A DNA stretch of 64,000 nt, the filler included, from Stramenopiles sp. TOSAG23-2 (Eukaryota): the NCBI GenBank assembly GCA_900128395.1. It is 35 parts of 35 records of this genome, joined end to end, with 100 filler letters (N's around TTAATTAATTAA, not from the genome) between each part and the next. Parts side by side here need not be neighbours in the genome. Positions count along the whole stretch, not along the records: positions 49,586 to 51,311 come from LT652444.1; positions 51,412 to 53,137 come from LT652445.1; positions 53,238 to 54,962 come from LT652446.1; positions 55,063 to 56,787 come from LT652447.1; positions 56,888 to 58,611 come from LT652448.1; positions 58,712 to 60,435 come from LT652449.1; positions 60,536 to 62,259 come from LT652450.1; positions 62,360 to 64,000 come from LT652558.1; 27 more parts are not named here. One strand, given 5' to 3'. How positions within the stretch are numbered: position 1 is the first letter of the stretch; each line of letters begins with the position of its first letter. A program made the translations under genes and the position numbers. Below the pieces are notes generated by a model that ran no database searches, was not told the origin of the DNA, and worked only from the letters and a program-made list of their open reading frames with translations. Below are positions 50,889-63,601 of this stretch, in pieces.

Positions 50889-51302
50889 TTAAACTTTAGA
50901 AGAAGGATTGAATAATGGTCGGCTACTTGATTCTTTCCACCATCTTGCTAAATTTGGATATGGTGTCAAATCCATACCACCTTGAATGCCCCATTGAATA
51001 ACACTACATACATTTAAATCGGCAATACTCCATCTGGAATCACCAAGCATGTATTTATTTTTTGCCAACCATCGATCTAAAGATGCAAATGGACGTTGTA
51101 ATCCCTCTTTCAACGGTTTTTGACGTGCTGCTTTTTTTTCAGCATTTCTCATCATGTTTGAAAACATGAGATTTACACAATTATCTTCGCAATATGTAAT
51201 TGTCCAGATACTCCATTGCATAACACGTGCTTCTTCTTCCAAATTTCTTGGTGCAAGTTCTGGATGGTTACATCTTTTTGCAAGATAATAATTAATTGCT
51301 AA
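50889..51302 (-). CDS. Glutathione S-transferase C-terminal part
   Basis: SLAINYYLA, LDRWLAKNKYMLGDSRWSIADLNV, YPNLARWW. Confidence 0.85.
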   Translation of the reverse strand, partial: LAINYYLAKRCNHPELAPRNLEEEARVMQWSIWTITYCEDNCVNLMFSNMMRNAEKKAARQKPLKEGLQRPFASLDRWLAKNKYMLGDSRWSIADLNVCSVIQWGIQGGMDLTPYPNLARWWKESSSRPLFNPSSKV

Positions 51303-51777
51303 TGATTTATTNNNNNNNNNNNNNNNNNNNNNNNNNNNNNNNNNNNNNNNNNNNNTTAATTAATTAANNNNNNNNNNNNNNNNNNNNNNNNNNNNNNNNN
51401 NNNNNNNNNNNAAAAGAAGTTACTAGTTTAGTGAATCATATTCAAAATGCATAAAAAGATTATATAATGTATTGAAATACGACGTATCAATGGGAGACGA
51501 AGAAAAGAGAGAGATGATATACACGAGAAAACAAAAAATATAATATGTGAGTGTGTAATATACAAAAACGTATATTATAATAGAATATACAAAAACATAA
51601 TCCATATTATACATTATACTTATTGTACTCGTACTTTAATTAAATATATATAGATATTCTTAATACAGTATAGCTTATTAATCCACTAATGGTTAATGGT
51701 AGCTCTAGCTATGCCAAGTATACCTGGTAGACTATGAATGTATGAATATATTATACTGTAAACACCTAATTCGTACA

Positions 51778-51945
51778 TAAGGAAAAATTTCTGAAATCCG
51801 TCATACTTTTTTTTATATATATATTAAGTATATATATTTGTACACTAATAGTTCGACCAAATAAAATAGCCCTTACTAGTATACAAATATATATACTTAA
51901 TATATTTTTAAAAAAAGTATGACGGATTCCAGAATTTTTTCCTTA
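51778..51945. mobile_element. Hairpin MITE of about 168 bp with putative TA target duplication
   Basis: Arms of about 70 bp: TAAGGAAAAATTTCTGAAATCCGTCATACTTTT... and ...AAAAGTATGACGGATTCCAGAATTTTTTCCTTA. Confidence 0.7.
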
Positions 51946-52179
51946 AGTAAGAACCGGCACAATTATTAATCCGGTAAATATATTATGAGCATGTACATAA
52001 TGATGATGTGCACTAGAGAGGATCCGTGGAAAAGCCATAACCAATAGCATGCAATAGCACTAACTTCCTCTCTAATGTGCACATGTATTATTTATTATGT
52101 GTACATTTTAATTGAATAATAAAATATCATATTAATTACTATTACCAATATATATGAAATTAATGTTTCATATCTAATA

Positions 52180-52319
52180 CATTTATATATATATATAAAT
52201 ATATTCAATTTAAGATTATAAAGAAGACGCTATATATATATATATATTCAATTTAAGATTATAAAGAAGACGCTATATATATATATATATATTCAATTTG
52301 AGATTATAAAGAAGACGCT
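52180..52319. repeat. Three tandem copies of an approximately 43-47 bp unit containing (TA)n
   Basis: TATTCAATTTAAGATTATAAAGAAGACGC occurs three times (one substitution in the third copy). Confidence 0.7.
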
Positions 52320-52379
52320 GTTTTCATTGGAATAAAAAATAAATTTGAAGAATTTGAATCGAGACAAAAAACAGTTCCA

Positions 52380-53137
52380 TTGGATATGGCAAACATGGAT
52401 TGTAAAAATATTCACGATTTACTCGTAGAATTTGAAAACAGAACTAATAATGATCAAAAAATTACATGTACATTCGAAGCTGGTCCATTAGGTTTAATAC
52501 TTAAAGAATATAAGCAGAATAGTAAAGATAATAACAATGCTTACATTTTTGTAGAGAGTATTGTGCCAAATTCGCAAGCGAGTAAATTTGTTTCTTTGTC
52601 AGCTGGGAGTGTTTTAGAAAAAGTTGGTAATATGTCGGTGGAAGGCATTTCTTTTAATGACTTGATCAACGTATTAAAAGAATGTAGCAGACCACTGAAA
52701 TTAACATTTCGAAAAAAAGAGAAAGAAACCGAAAGCAAGAAGGAGGAAGAAACAATCGTGTGTACGTTTGGAGAGGGCAAACTTGGTTTAGTATTAGAAA
52801 CTGTTAAAAACTCAGGAACAGATATGGAATATATAGTTGTTTCTAGCTTGATTCCAAATGGTGCTGCTAGTAAATATGAAAAATTGAAAGTAAATGACAT
52901 TATTGTAGCAGTAGGTGACACTTCTGTGAGTGGTAAAACCTTAGAAAATGTTACTGACCTCATTCGTAATAGTAAAAGACCACTCACGCTTTCCTTTAAA
53001 AAGCAGAAAGAAGAAGCAATAATGGTAGAAGATATATATATTGATGAAGAGGAAGAGGATGAAGGAGATCATTGTAGTGACAACGACGATGATGATGAAG
53101 GGGTGAGCGAAGATGTTATCAATAAAGCTACTGCATT
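52380..53137 (+). CDS. Protein with two PDZ domains (partial)
   Basis: FEAGPLGLIL...RPLKLTF and FGEGKLGLVL...RPLTLSF. Confidence 0.85.
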
Positions 53138-53979
53138 NNNNNNNNNNNNNNNNNNNNNNNNNNNNNNNNNNNNNNNNNNNNTTAATTAATTAANNNNNNN
53201 NNNNNNNNNNNNNNNNNNNNNNNNNNNNNNNNNNNNNCGATTGAGTATTGAGCATATTACTTTAACACGAGAAGTGTAAAAATATTATAACTCTTAGATT
53301 TTAACCATTAGTGCATTATTCTATTTATTTCTTCTTTTTCGGTGAATTTTATATTTGTTAGCAGTGCTGTTTTAATACTAACAAGTACAAGAAAGTGGGA
53401 ACAGTCCGAGATGTTTCGATTTCGAGAGCTGTCGTCATCATGTCGTCATTTGTTCTATTAAAAAAAATGAAAAAAAGTATTAATACGGTTACAAGCTACA
53501 TCTAGATCTACACAGTAATAGCGCTGCATAGCACTAAACTATAGCTACGACAATTCGCGACACCACGACACCACCATATATGACATATGACATAAAATCG
53601 ATCTATAACATCATATATTATATAAAATTAGAGATATATAATTTAATAATATAGAATAGTTATAGGAAGGAGGGGGAGACTTTTCATTTCTTGTTTTGCT
53701 TTTGTAGAAAGTATAAATACTGTACATCAGTAGATAACAATTGCTGTGTGTATATTGAAGTATTTAGAGAGATAAATTTAGATTAAATAACAACTTGCTG
53801 TGTCGTATATTGAAGTATTTAGACACAAAAAAAAAGTATCGATCTATAACATCATATAAAATTAGTCTATATAGCTATAATTTAATAGAATATTTATACT
53901 TCGTAGGAAGGAGGAGACTTCATTTCTTGTTTTGCTTTTGTAGAAAGTATAAATAACAAGTAATAATATTAGTAGCAAA

Positions 53980-54962
53980 AGATGAACAAGACGAAGATGT
54001 TTCCAATGTACATTATAAAGATCATGAAATTGAAGATAATCACGGTGGTGATTATCTCGTACAAAAATATTTACAAGAAGTAAAAGAAGAAGCAGAAAAA
54101 AAGATCATAATTGTAAATGAAAAACCTGATGCGGAAAACAATGATATACAAATTGTACCACCTGTAATTGTCAAAAAACAAGTAATAGAAAATGTGCAAC
54201 CAAAAACATCATTAGCACAACGATATTTAAATCAAATAAATAACCAAGAAGAAAACAATGATATCGTAGATGTAAAAGAAGAAAAGCAACATTTAAATAG
54301 CAACAATGACCAACCTGATCCATTACCATTATCCAATATTCTTCGTAAACAACAAGAAGAAAATCGTGTAAATAATTTAATATATGAAATGGAAATGAAA
54401 AAGAGAAAAACAATGTGGATTTGAAGTTTATGATGGATGATTTAGAAGATACATTAAAAAGTGTTGTTGATACAAATGAAACAAGTGAACGTGCAAGAAA
54501 ATTAATGAATGATTTTATGGCGATCAATAATGAAATTAATATTACACCAAAGCATATTAATAATCAAACGAATGTTTCACCTATATATTTATCCCCGCCA
54601 AATACTAGTTATTCTAGTAGTAGTAGTAGTGGAGATAGTATGACAAATAGTAGTATTACTACAAGTGGTGGTAGTCATGAGAAACAGATGATGGCAATCA
54701 ATCGTAGTATTGAAAATGTTCATTCTTCTTCTACTTTCAATAATGAAACAGTGACTAGTATCATACTTCCAGCTATGTTAATCGACGAAAATGATTTTGC
54801 AGATAAGGTATACAATTCACCACCACCTGCTGAGGAGGCAACTGGTAAAAATAATAACATGATGAAGCTTGGAATTCGTGGTTCTAGTAGTAGTATTATT
54901 ATTAGTGATGATGGGAATACTACTGCAGTGAACAATGATAGAAGTGGAGGTGAGGAAATAAT
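53980..54962 (+). CDS. Low-complexity hypothetical protein, frame breaks (partial)
   Basis: Consecutive protein-like ORFs 54194-54424 and 54415-54962. Confidence 0.4.
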
Positions 54963-57552
54963 NNNNNNNNNNNNNNNNNNNNNNNNNNNNNNNNNNNNNN
55001 NNNNNNTTAATTAATTAANNNNNNNNNNNNNNNNNNNNNNNNNNNNNNNNNNNNNNNNNNNNTTATTACGAGTATCAAAATGTATAAATTTAGATTTTAA
55101 ACTTTCATTCTATTATATATATACGCCTTCCTATGATGTCCGTTTTCCATCAGCTATTATGAGTAGTTTGATACTATCTATTTACCTTCACATTGGTATT
55201 CTCGATTATGAGAATATCAACACACTATCATAGTGTGAGATAGATTGTTTCAGTTATTTTATTCTTTTGAAGAGTAGGAATTATCATGAGTATATTAAAA
55301 TTAAATTATGCGCGTAAACTAAATCATATTATATATATACGAATATAACCTTATATTTTTATATAAAAAATTGCACAATTCCATTCCACACTATACACTT
55401 CACCAAACGATGTCATAAAAATGACATACATGAAATATATTGTCGTTATGATTCTTTTAATCATTCTTGATTTTTTCATCCTCATCTTTCTTGGCATTGT
55501 TTCACACACAACAGATGATTTTCGCTTAATATATATATATTAACGATAAAACGTTTATAAAATAATATTAATATACTCGGATATGTGTGATAGATATATT
55601 GAATGATCGCAAAATGTGCAAATTCCAAAACTATATTCTAATATGTGTGATGTGTGATAGATCGATCGCAAAATGTACAAATTCCAAAACTATATTCTGA
55701 TATGTGTGATGGATATATAGAATGATCGCAAAACTATTTATTTGTTTCAATTGGATGAAATGTGGTATAGTTTCAATATATATATAAATATGTGAATCAA
55801 ATGACGACTCTCTTATTATATTTATGATGTACAATAAGCAAGAATGTTTTCTACTTTTGTATGTTTTCTTTCTTTAATATATATCTGGTACAAATATGAA
55901 TGAATATGTTTTATATGTACATATTTTATATCTATTTATATTTACACATCATCGTTACATTGCGTAGTAGCACATACACAGTACACAAAAACACAAGAAA
56001 ACAGGAAAAAAAATGAATGGTGGTGGGCGCTTGTATTTCTACTCTTTTTTTTATTCCAATCGTGTTTGTATATATACTAATAAGTATACTTTTCTATATG
56101 TAGAATATGTATTTTATATGATTTTATTTGTTCATTTTTACATTAAAAAATACAATAGTGTGCCATTATATATTTTATTACATCAAAATTTAATAAAATG
56201 TTCAAAATTGAAAAAGATATAAAATATAATGGCACACTATTGGCCTTTTAAAATGAAGCAAGGAGCAAGGTGTAAGTGTGTGAGATTGCGATTTTTTCAT
56301 CACCGTTTATAGAGGCCGAAGAATGCTGGAAATGCACAAACGCGGATGAAAAAGCAACAGGAAAGTATTTTCAGATCATAAAAATTCGAATCAACAGAAC
56401 AAATAACAAATATTTTTTTATTTTATTACACTAGATTTTTTAGTCTCCACTTCGTAGCATTTTTTTTTTTAATTTTACAGATCTCTCCATTTTACACATC
56501 AACAAATGCTATGTGTGTTATTACTCTCTCTCTCTCTTCTCCTTCGTTAAATGTGACAGACATGAGATACATCTTTTGGTTTATTTGTAAATTGGCCACT
56601 CCCTCACTTCTTCGTTTTCTTACCACCAGGAAATAAAAATGGATTCATCGCTTTTGGTAATGGTGATTCACGATACCTACGTCTTCTACCATTAATTACA
56701 TCCCCAACATATGGACTAACTTGACTATATAAACATAATTATTCGAGTTTTACTTCTTAAATGGACTAGGTGACAAAAGCGAAGCTTNNNNNNNNNNNNN
56801 NNNNNNNNNNNNNNNNNNNNNNNNNNNNNNNTTAATTAATTAANNNNNNNNNNNNNNNNNNNNNNNNNNNNNNNNNNNNNNNNNNNNGTTGTTGGGTTTG
56901 TACTCACAATTTTACCTTTCCTTTTGGTACGTGCTTTTGGTGATTTATCCGCCATCCTTGTATTTCTGATATATATATATATATGGTTTTCGTCAATGAT
57001 ATGTAACTATTTGTTTTTCTCTATATTCGTCTTTATCTTCCTATCTTGAATATAGCTAGAATATGTCATATCTAGATATATGTGTTCATTCAAATTGTAT
57101 AAATAATACATACAACAACAAAATAAAAAATTGTTTCGCTCGTGGTGCCGTGCAACAACAACAACAAATTTATTATTATTCGTATACCAGCTGATGCTGT
57201 GTGGTGCTTATTGATATTATAAAAAAAACCTTATAACTTCTCAAGTGAAAATCAAGAGAGATTGAATTCAATACTAATAACAACTAAATGCACAAAAACA
57301 CAAAAAATCGTTACCTGTGTGATTGAAAAATTAGGCGACTAAAAAAAATCAAATATGAATAAACATATAAATACGTACATTACAATTGACAAGTAAGAAA
57401 TCATCTGTATATATATATATACATATATAGACGACTATATATATGTATATATAATCAAATTACCTGCATATAAAATTAACAACAAGAACGACAACAAATT
57501 ATATTGGAATACATTTACAATTGATATTAGCAACAATTATAACACATCTTCA

Positions 57553-58224
57553 ATGTCTGGAAAAAAACGTAGAAATAGTGATACATCAACAAATTCATCT
57601 TCATCATCATTAAAAAAAAGAAAAAGTAACGATGGTGCAAAATCATTATCGATTAATGTTGTTGATCAGCGAACCAAAAGTTCTGCTTCTAATAAAAAGT
57701 ATGTTGTATTAGCAATGATAGAATTAGGCAATACAGATTTGATTAATACATGTAAATCACGATGTCCTGAAATCAATGACCACATGCAATTTACGTCAAC
57801 GTTACATATTTCTTTAATGAAAGCCATTTCGCGTGATAGTGCAGAAAGATTTGCTGATGCTGTAGTAAAAAAAAACAATGAAATCCCCTTACCACAAACT
57901 TGTGAAATGCAACTTTCAAAATTCAACGACTGGCAAAGTGGATTATATGTTAGTTTAACAAATGAATCTACAAAAGAACTTCTCCCATTGTTGAATTGGA
58001 TGGAAGGATTGAATTTGGGATCCGTTGTTGGTAAAAATAATGCACACATTTCGTTATATCGTTATAGAGGTTCAAAGGTAGGATCAAGGAATGTATATAA
58101 CAACGCCATTGAGAATATTCGCACCGGTGTAAATGTGGAAGGTAAAGTACGCATTGTGAAAATAATCTTAAAAGAATTGGGTGTAGATTACGACAACTGC
58201 ATTGTGCTTGCTGATTGTTCATGA
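57553..58224 (+). CDS. 2H phosphoesterase superfamily protein with N-terminal NLS
   Basis: Two HxS motifs (LHISL, AHISL) about 80 aa apart; KKRR...KKRK at the N-terminus. Confidence 0.7.
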   Translation: MSGKKRRNSDTSTNSSSSSLKKRKSNDGAKSLSINVVDQRTKSSASNKKYVVLAMIELGNTDLINTCKSRCPEINDHMQFTSTLHISLMKAISRDSAERFADAVVKKNNEIPLPQTCEMQLSKFNDWQSGLYVSLTNESTKELLPLLNWMEGLNLGSVVGKNNAHISLYRYRGSKVGSRNVYNNAIENIRTGVNVEGKVRIVKIILKELGVDYDNCIVLADCS

Positions 58225-58711
58225 AGGTCCTGTATTTTAAAATATTCCCCCAGTGATTTTGAAAAAAAATAATCGACACATCAAGATATGTCAAAAAATA
58301 ATACGACGTAAAATTTGGAGAGATGAAAAGAAGAGAGATTAATTTTAAATTGTGTGTGTACCGCCGAGAAGTTTATTTATTTTTTTTTAAAAAAAATTAA
58401 AAAAAAAATAATTTATTCTCTTTTTTGCAATATTTACCGACATTTTTAACGCATTCTAAAAAATAATACGAAATGTACGACTCGTATTTTTTAGCGTGCG
58501 TTTTATTTATTGAAATTAAATTAAATGTAATTAACCAACCCACCCACCCACACATTAATCCACTCTTGACAAACTTTTCTTCGTTTTCTTGTTCTCTTTC
58601 AACGTTCTCACNNNNNNNNNNNNNNNNNNNNNNNNNNNNNNNNNNNNNNNNNNNNTTAATTAATTAANNNNNNNNNNNNNNNNNNNNNNNNNNNNNNNNN
58701 NNNNNNNNNNN

Positions 58712-59340
58712 TTTCTGGAACATACATAATCACGGTTACTTAATGGCCATGATGGTGAATATACTTCCCAATGATATATAAGTGAATGATCCTCCTCTGT
58801 ATCCCCTTCCACAATGGTGACTGACTTACTTGATGAATCCCATGAACCACGACCACGTAAATCGGACATGAAATCAAAATATTTATTAATTGAAAATTGA
58901 TGTTTACAATATGATAAATATGCATATGTATTTTCATTGAAACATTTACGACGCCATAAGGATGGGTTAGAATCATTTAACTTTTCCCATTTTGAATTTT
59001 CTAAAAATGGCAATGTTAATGATAAATTATTATCTTCCATATCGTTCACAGTATTATTACCATCATCATTATTTTTATTCTTTAGTGTATTGACTAATGT
59101 AACGACATCTAAACATTCCTGTTGCTCTTTATTCGACATTTTATCTAAGAATATACCTGTTGTTGATGGTGACGATAAAGATATTATATTTGTTTTTCTA
59201 TTTTGTAGTTTCAATGGTTGCCATGTTAAATTATGAATATTCTTCTCATTATATTGATACTGATGATAATAATATAATATACATGATGATGTTGAAATAG
59301 TCGTTCCACCAATAATGAAACGTTTCAACAATGTTGCCAT
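58712..59340 (-). CDS. START-domain lipid transfer protein, 3' partial
   Basis: DLRGRGSWD, YHWEVYSPSWPLSNRDYV. Confidence 0.8.
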
Positions 59341-59666
59341 GTTTCTGTAGTTGCAGTTAATAAAAATAAAAGAAATGAAAAGATATTGATGTTGTAAAGA
59401 TATCTATATATGTATATATATATATGTGGATTGAAAAGTATTGATTTGTTCTTATTATTTTCGATCATTATCAACCCGTGTAGAGATGGCAAAAATAACT
59501 ATTATATTTACTAATAATATATTGAAAAAACTAAAAAATCAAAAGGTAGGAAAGAGAAACATGTGAGTTTATCCATTCCTGTATATATTCGTATCTCGTA
59601 ACTTTTGGCATTGTAAAGTCAATAATTTATTTATTTGTATATATTTTTAGGAATATAAAAAAAAGA

Positions 59667-60125
59667 ATGGAACGTACAATTAAATGTGCCTGTGATAAAA
59701 TTATAGCCATCTTTATTGGTGATCCAAAATTAAGAACAATTTGTCATTGTAGGGATTGTAGAAAAGCAAATGGTGGAGATGATTTTCAAGATTTAATGTT
59801 TTGTAATATTAATCAAATTAAAATTGTAGTACCACGCGATCAATTGATTGAAGTCCCTGCATCTGAATACAAAGATGAATGTCCACGTTATTTCTGTAAA
59901 GATTGCAATACATTTATATATGGTGATGTCTCTCAAAAAGATGGACGTCCAATGGCATTAATTGGTCCAATGTCTGTATTAACACCTACATTACCAAATA
60001 TGAAACCATCATTACATATGTACATTCAAGATAAAGTCATGCCTGCATTACCAAATGATGGATTACCAAGAGTGGAAAGTTTATCTAAATCCCCATATGG
60101 TAAAGAATTAATGTCGAAACTTTAA
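59667..60125 (+). CDS. GFA/CENP-V family protein
   Basis: CAC, CHCRDCRK, RYFCKDC, PSLHMY. Confidence 0.88.
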   Translation: MERTIKCACDKIIAIFIGDPKLRTICHCRDCRKANGGDDFQDLMFCNINQIKIVVPRDQLIEVPASEYKDECPRYFCKDCNTFIYGDVSQKDGRPMALIGPMSVLTPTLPNMKPSLHMYIQDKVMPALPNDGLPRVESLSKSPYGKELMSKL

Positions 60126-61326
60126 AAGAAGAATATATGATGTATATAAAATATATGTACACTGAATATAATAAAATATAAAAGCATTACAATGTGTGTG
60201 TGATTATTTGATTATTTCTCTCCCTCCTCTCTCTCCCGCTCTCTCATCAGCGCCACGCCACTACAATGAATTTTTTTTCAAGACTTCCTCTGCACCACCA
60301 CCATTTTCAATCATTTTATCCACGATTTCTTGCATTTTGATTTGCGAGACTCTACGTACACGTTCATTTGAATCTGGTAACAATCCAGCAATTTCTTGTT
60401 CATCCATCATTGGCACTTCACATACAACAGATGTANNNNNNNNNNNNNNNNNNNNNNNNNNNNNNNNNNNNNNNNNNNNTTAATTAATTAANNNNNNNNN
60501 NNNNNNNNNNNNNNNNNNNNNNNNNNNNNNNNNNNATAATTCATGAAAATGTAGATTATATATATATATATATATATGTATATGTACACACATTCGTACT
60601 ATATATAATGGTAAAATATAATATATCACGTTATACTTGATGGAAAAAATTAACTTTTGAATATCTTGATTATTATTAATATATGCATATATTAATAATT
60701 ATAAATATATATACGACGATATCAGGCTAAAAAAAAAATATGAAAAAAAATATTGTGTAATAATATATAGCGCGTTGAAAAAACTACTTTTTGTACTTTT
60801 TATAATTGTTGTGTGTTGAATGTACACGTGTGTTGCTACGTTAAAATTGTGTATGTATATTATATATATATATATATATGTGTGTGTGTGAACGAGTAAA
60901 TAAAAGAAAAGTAAAAAAATGATTGGTTTAAAATCTAAAAAGTTGTTATTTTTTAATAAATTTAAAATATGTATAGCGTGCTATTATGCATGTATTCGTA
61001 TCATACATGATAAATTCTACGCGTACGATCGTACTGATAAATACTACGCTCAATAATCAATCTCAGGAATAATAAGTTAATCCTCTCAATCTAAGAAAAG
61101 GATATACTCCCTACGAGTACTATTTAATAAAGCTCTCATGCGCCGCCGCAAGCTAATACTCTATATAAGCACAAGTAATAAAAAAATGTGTTATATTTTA
61201 TTTACAGTGTTTCTTTACAAACTTTTATTAATAATTTTACACATTTGCAACATCCCTTCTCTCTATCTCACTCACAACATAAATGAATAATGTAAATCAT
61301 CGCACACACATATACGCAATTAAAAA

Positions 61327-62259
61327 TCATTTCTTTTTATTCATTGTTCGATCAAAACGAAATGCTAAATAATCTGATCTACTTGCTGTTTCATATCCTA
61401 ATGTTTCATCGCCTAGTTTTACACTTGTTTTTTTTACATCAACTGCCGCTTTTGCTTTTTTCACAAAATACGTTTTTGTTTCATATTGTGGTAAATTATT
61501 TGTTGTTTCATATGGTGTTTTCGTTTGTTGTCCAATTTTTACACTACTTTTTGATGTATCTACATTTGCACCTTGTAATTCTGCCATAGTCGGTATTTCC
61601 TCTTCTTTCAATTCTTTACCACTACCAACGACATATGTTGTTATATAATTTGGATTACCATCATCACCAAATACTACACGTCCACCTTTTGTAGGTCTAC
61701 TTGATTTACGTTTTGAATCTTTTGCATCATTATTACCTCTAGTATAATACATTTCATAATTAGATAAAAAGGTATCTTTATCATTTTGACCTGATGTATT
61801 CATAACTCTATTTGGTACTTTTTCACCTTGTTTTGGACGTATTGCTGCGCCAGTACGTTCTGTTGGTACGTATGCACCTGGTACTGTTCTTGGATCTAAT
61901 CGATCACGATCAACAGTTTGCCATAAAACTGTATCATCATCCCCTAAATTAATACATGACGTTACACGTGGTCGTGCTGCTGTTAATTGTGCTTCTTTCA
62001 TTTTAGAAAAATCTCTATAATCACTTCTTGCTGCTGTTTCATACATAGTAGTAACGCCATCTCCAATTGTTACAGTACTTTTCGTTTGATTTGGTTTTAC
62101 CGGATCTTGCAATGCATCTTTTGGATCTCTATACAAACCAATATTAGCATCATAACTTGATACATAACTGATAGTCTCATCACCAAGTTTCACAGTACTT
62201 TTTTTCACATCTACAGCAGCTTTGTATTTTTGAAAGTGTTCTTTTTTATCAGTAGGATT
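61327..62259 (-). CDS. Repeat protein, possibly microtubule-associated (5' partial)
   Basis: Repeated KSxVxLGD...YET...SDY units. Confidence 0.6.
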   Translation of the reverse strand, partial: NPTDKKEHFQKYKAAVDVKKSTVKLGDETISYVSSYDANIGLYRDPKDALQDPVKPNQTKSTVTIGDGVTTMYETAARSDYRDFSKMKEAQLTAARPRVTSCINLGDDDTVLWQTVDRDRLDPRTVPGAYVPTERTGAAIRPKQGEKVPNRVMNTSGQNDKDTFLSNYEMYYTRGNNDAKDSKRKSSRPTKGGRVVFGDDGNPNYITTYVVGSGKELKEEEIPTMAELQGANVDTSKSSVKIGQQTKTPYETTNNLPQYETKTYFVKKAKAAVDVKKTSVKLGDETLGYETASRSDYLAFRFDRTMNKKK

Positions 62260-62385
62260 NNNNNNNNNNNNNNNNNNNNNNNNNNNNNNNNNNNNNNNNN
62301 NNNTTAATTAATTAANNNNNNNNNNNNNNNNNNNNNNNNNNNNNNNNNNNNNNNNNNNNGTATAATTGTTACGACGAGGAAAACG

Positions 62386-62417
<32 letters not shown>

Positions 62418-62431
62418 TACGTATTGTAACC

Positions 62432-63289
62432 ATGGCAGCAGCAGTGAAAAATACTACAAGTAGTGATACAAGCGAGAATGACGAAGAGGATGAGACACCA
62501 TGGGCAGTACATATACGTGATTTAAAACGTAGACGTGAGGAAATCGAAAGTGGTGCAGACGAGGTCTTGAATGAACGTTTAGCAGAATATGAACGTGAAC
62601 GTACGAGGAGGAAAAAAGAAGCAAAAATGCATCGCAACTATCAAATTAAATATAGTGAAGCGTTGTATGCAGCACAAGAACGTGCTGCAGATGATTTATA
62701 TAACGAGGCAAAAGGTACTATTCAGTCTGAAATGTTAAATGCTATAAACGATGATATATATAGGTACACTGGCCGCCGGGAAGGGGAGGAAGAAGGTGCA
62801 ATAAGAGTTAGTGCACGTAATTTACGAAGCAAAGCAGTAGCAGCGGAAGAGGAAGCTGCAAAGGCAAAGAAAAAATCAAAGTATGGAAATGGCGAAGATG
62901 CCCCAATTGATTTTGCATTGAAACATAAAGATATCGTTAAAGATTTAAAACAAATTCATAACCATTGGAAAGAACAGTCAGATAAATTTCATGAAATTTT
63001 GACGGATTTACAAACTGCATCGGTACGTGTTGAACATGGTCATTTACATGTTAAACGTTCAGATGAAGAAGATTACGTAGTCTTTTACCCAGGTGTACGT
63101 GTAAAATTGACATCTGAATTCACAGGTGAGCCATTTCAAGGCACATTAACCTCAGTCAATGCCATTGAAGTGTATATACGTCTATTGGATGATAGTAAAA
63201 CACGTGTATATTTAAAACATATACGCAATGGACGTGTAAGCATTGAAATATTTCCATTTGCTGGTGAAAGAAAGAAAGAAGACAAATAA
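62432..63289 (+). CDS. Sds3/BRMS1-like Sin3-HDAC subunit
   Basis: N-terminal charged coiled coil with Sds3-like spacing, RNLRSK, and a C-terminal beta-rich module. Confidence 0.5.
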   Translation: MAAAVKNTTSSDTSENDEEDETPWAVHIRDLKRRREEIESGADEVLNERLAEYERERTRRKKEAKMHRNYQIKYSEALYAAQERAADDLYNEAKGTIQSEMLNAINDDIYRYTGRREGEEEGAIRVSARNLRSKAVAAEEEAAKAKKKSKYGNGEDAPIDFALKHKDIVKDLKQIHNHWKEQSDKFHEILTDLQTASVRVEHGHLHVKRSDEEDYVVFYPGVRVKLTSEFTGEPFQGTLTSVNAIEVYIRLLDDSKTRVYLKHIRNGRVSIEIFPFAGERKKEDK

Positions 63290-63601
63290 ATATATTAATC
63301 GTCTATAGTGTAGAGAGAGCGCGAAACAAAAGGGACGATCGATGGAAAGAAGGTGGAGAGGAAGAGAGACATAAAACATCTTTTTAAATCTAGGGTACAA
63401 AATATAAAATCTTTTTCTGTGTAACACAAACGCATCACAATACGAATTCGTACTACATCACACTATATATTTACAACCCCCTCTCCCCATTGTTTTGAGT
63501 TTTAAATACTTTAAAATTGAATGAATCATATAATATATATATATATATGTAAAAAGAGAGATTAAAAAGAGAGGGAAAGGTGAGAGTATAATATATACAA
63601 T

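Noticed and set aside
1745-62359. Regularly spaced TTAATTAATTAA motif that might suggest a CRISPR-like or periodic element
   Set aside because: Always embedded in N runs; an artificial six-frame-stop contig joiner.
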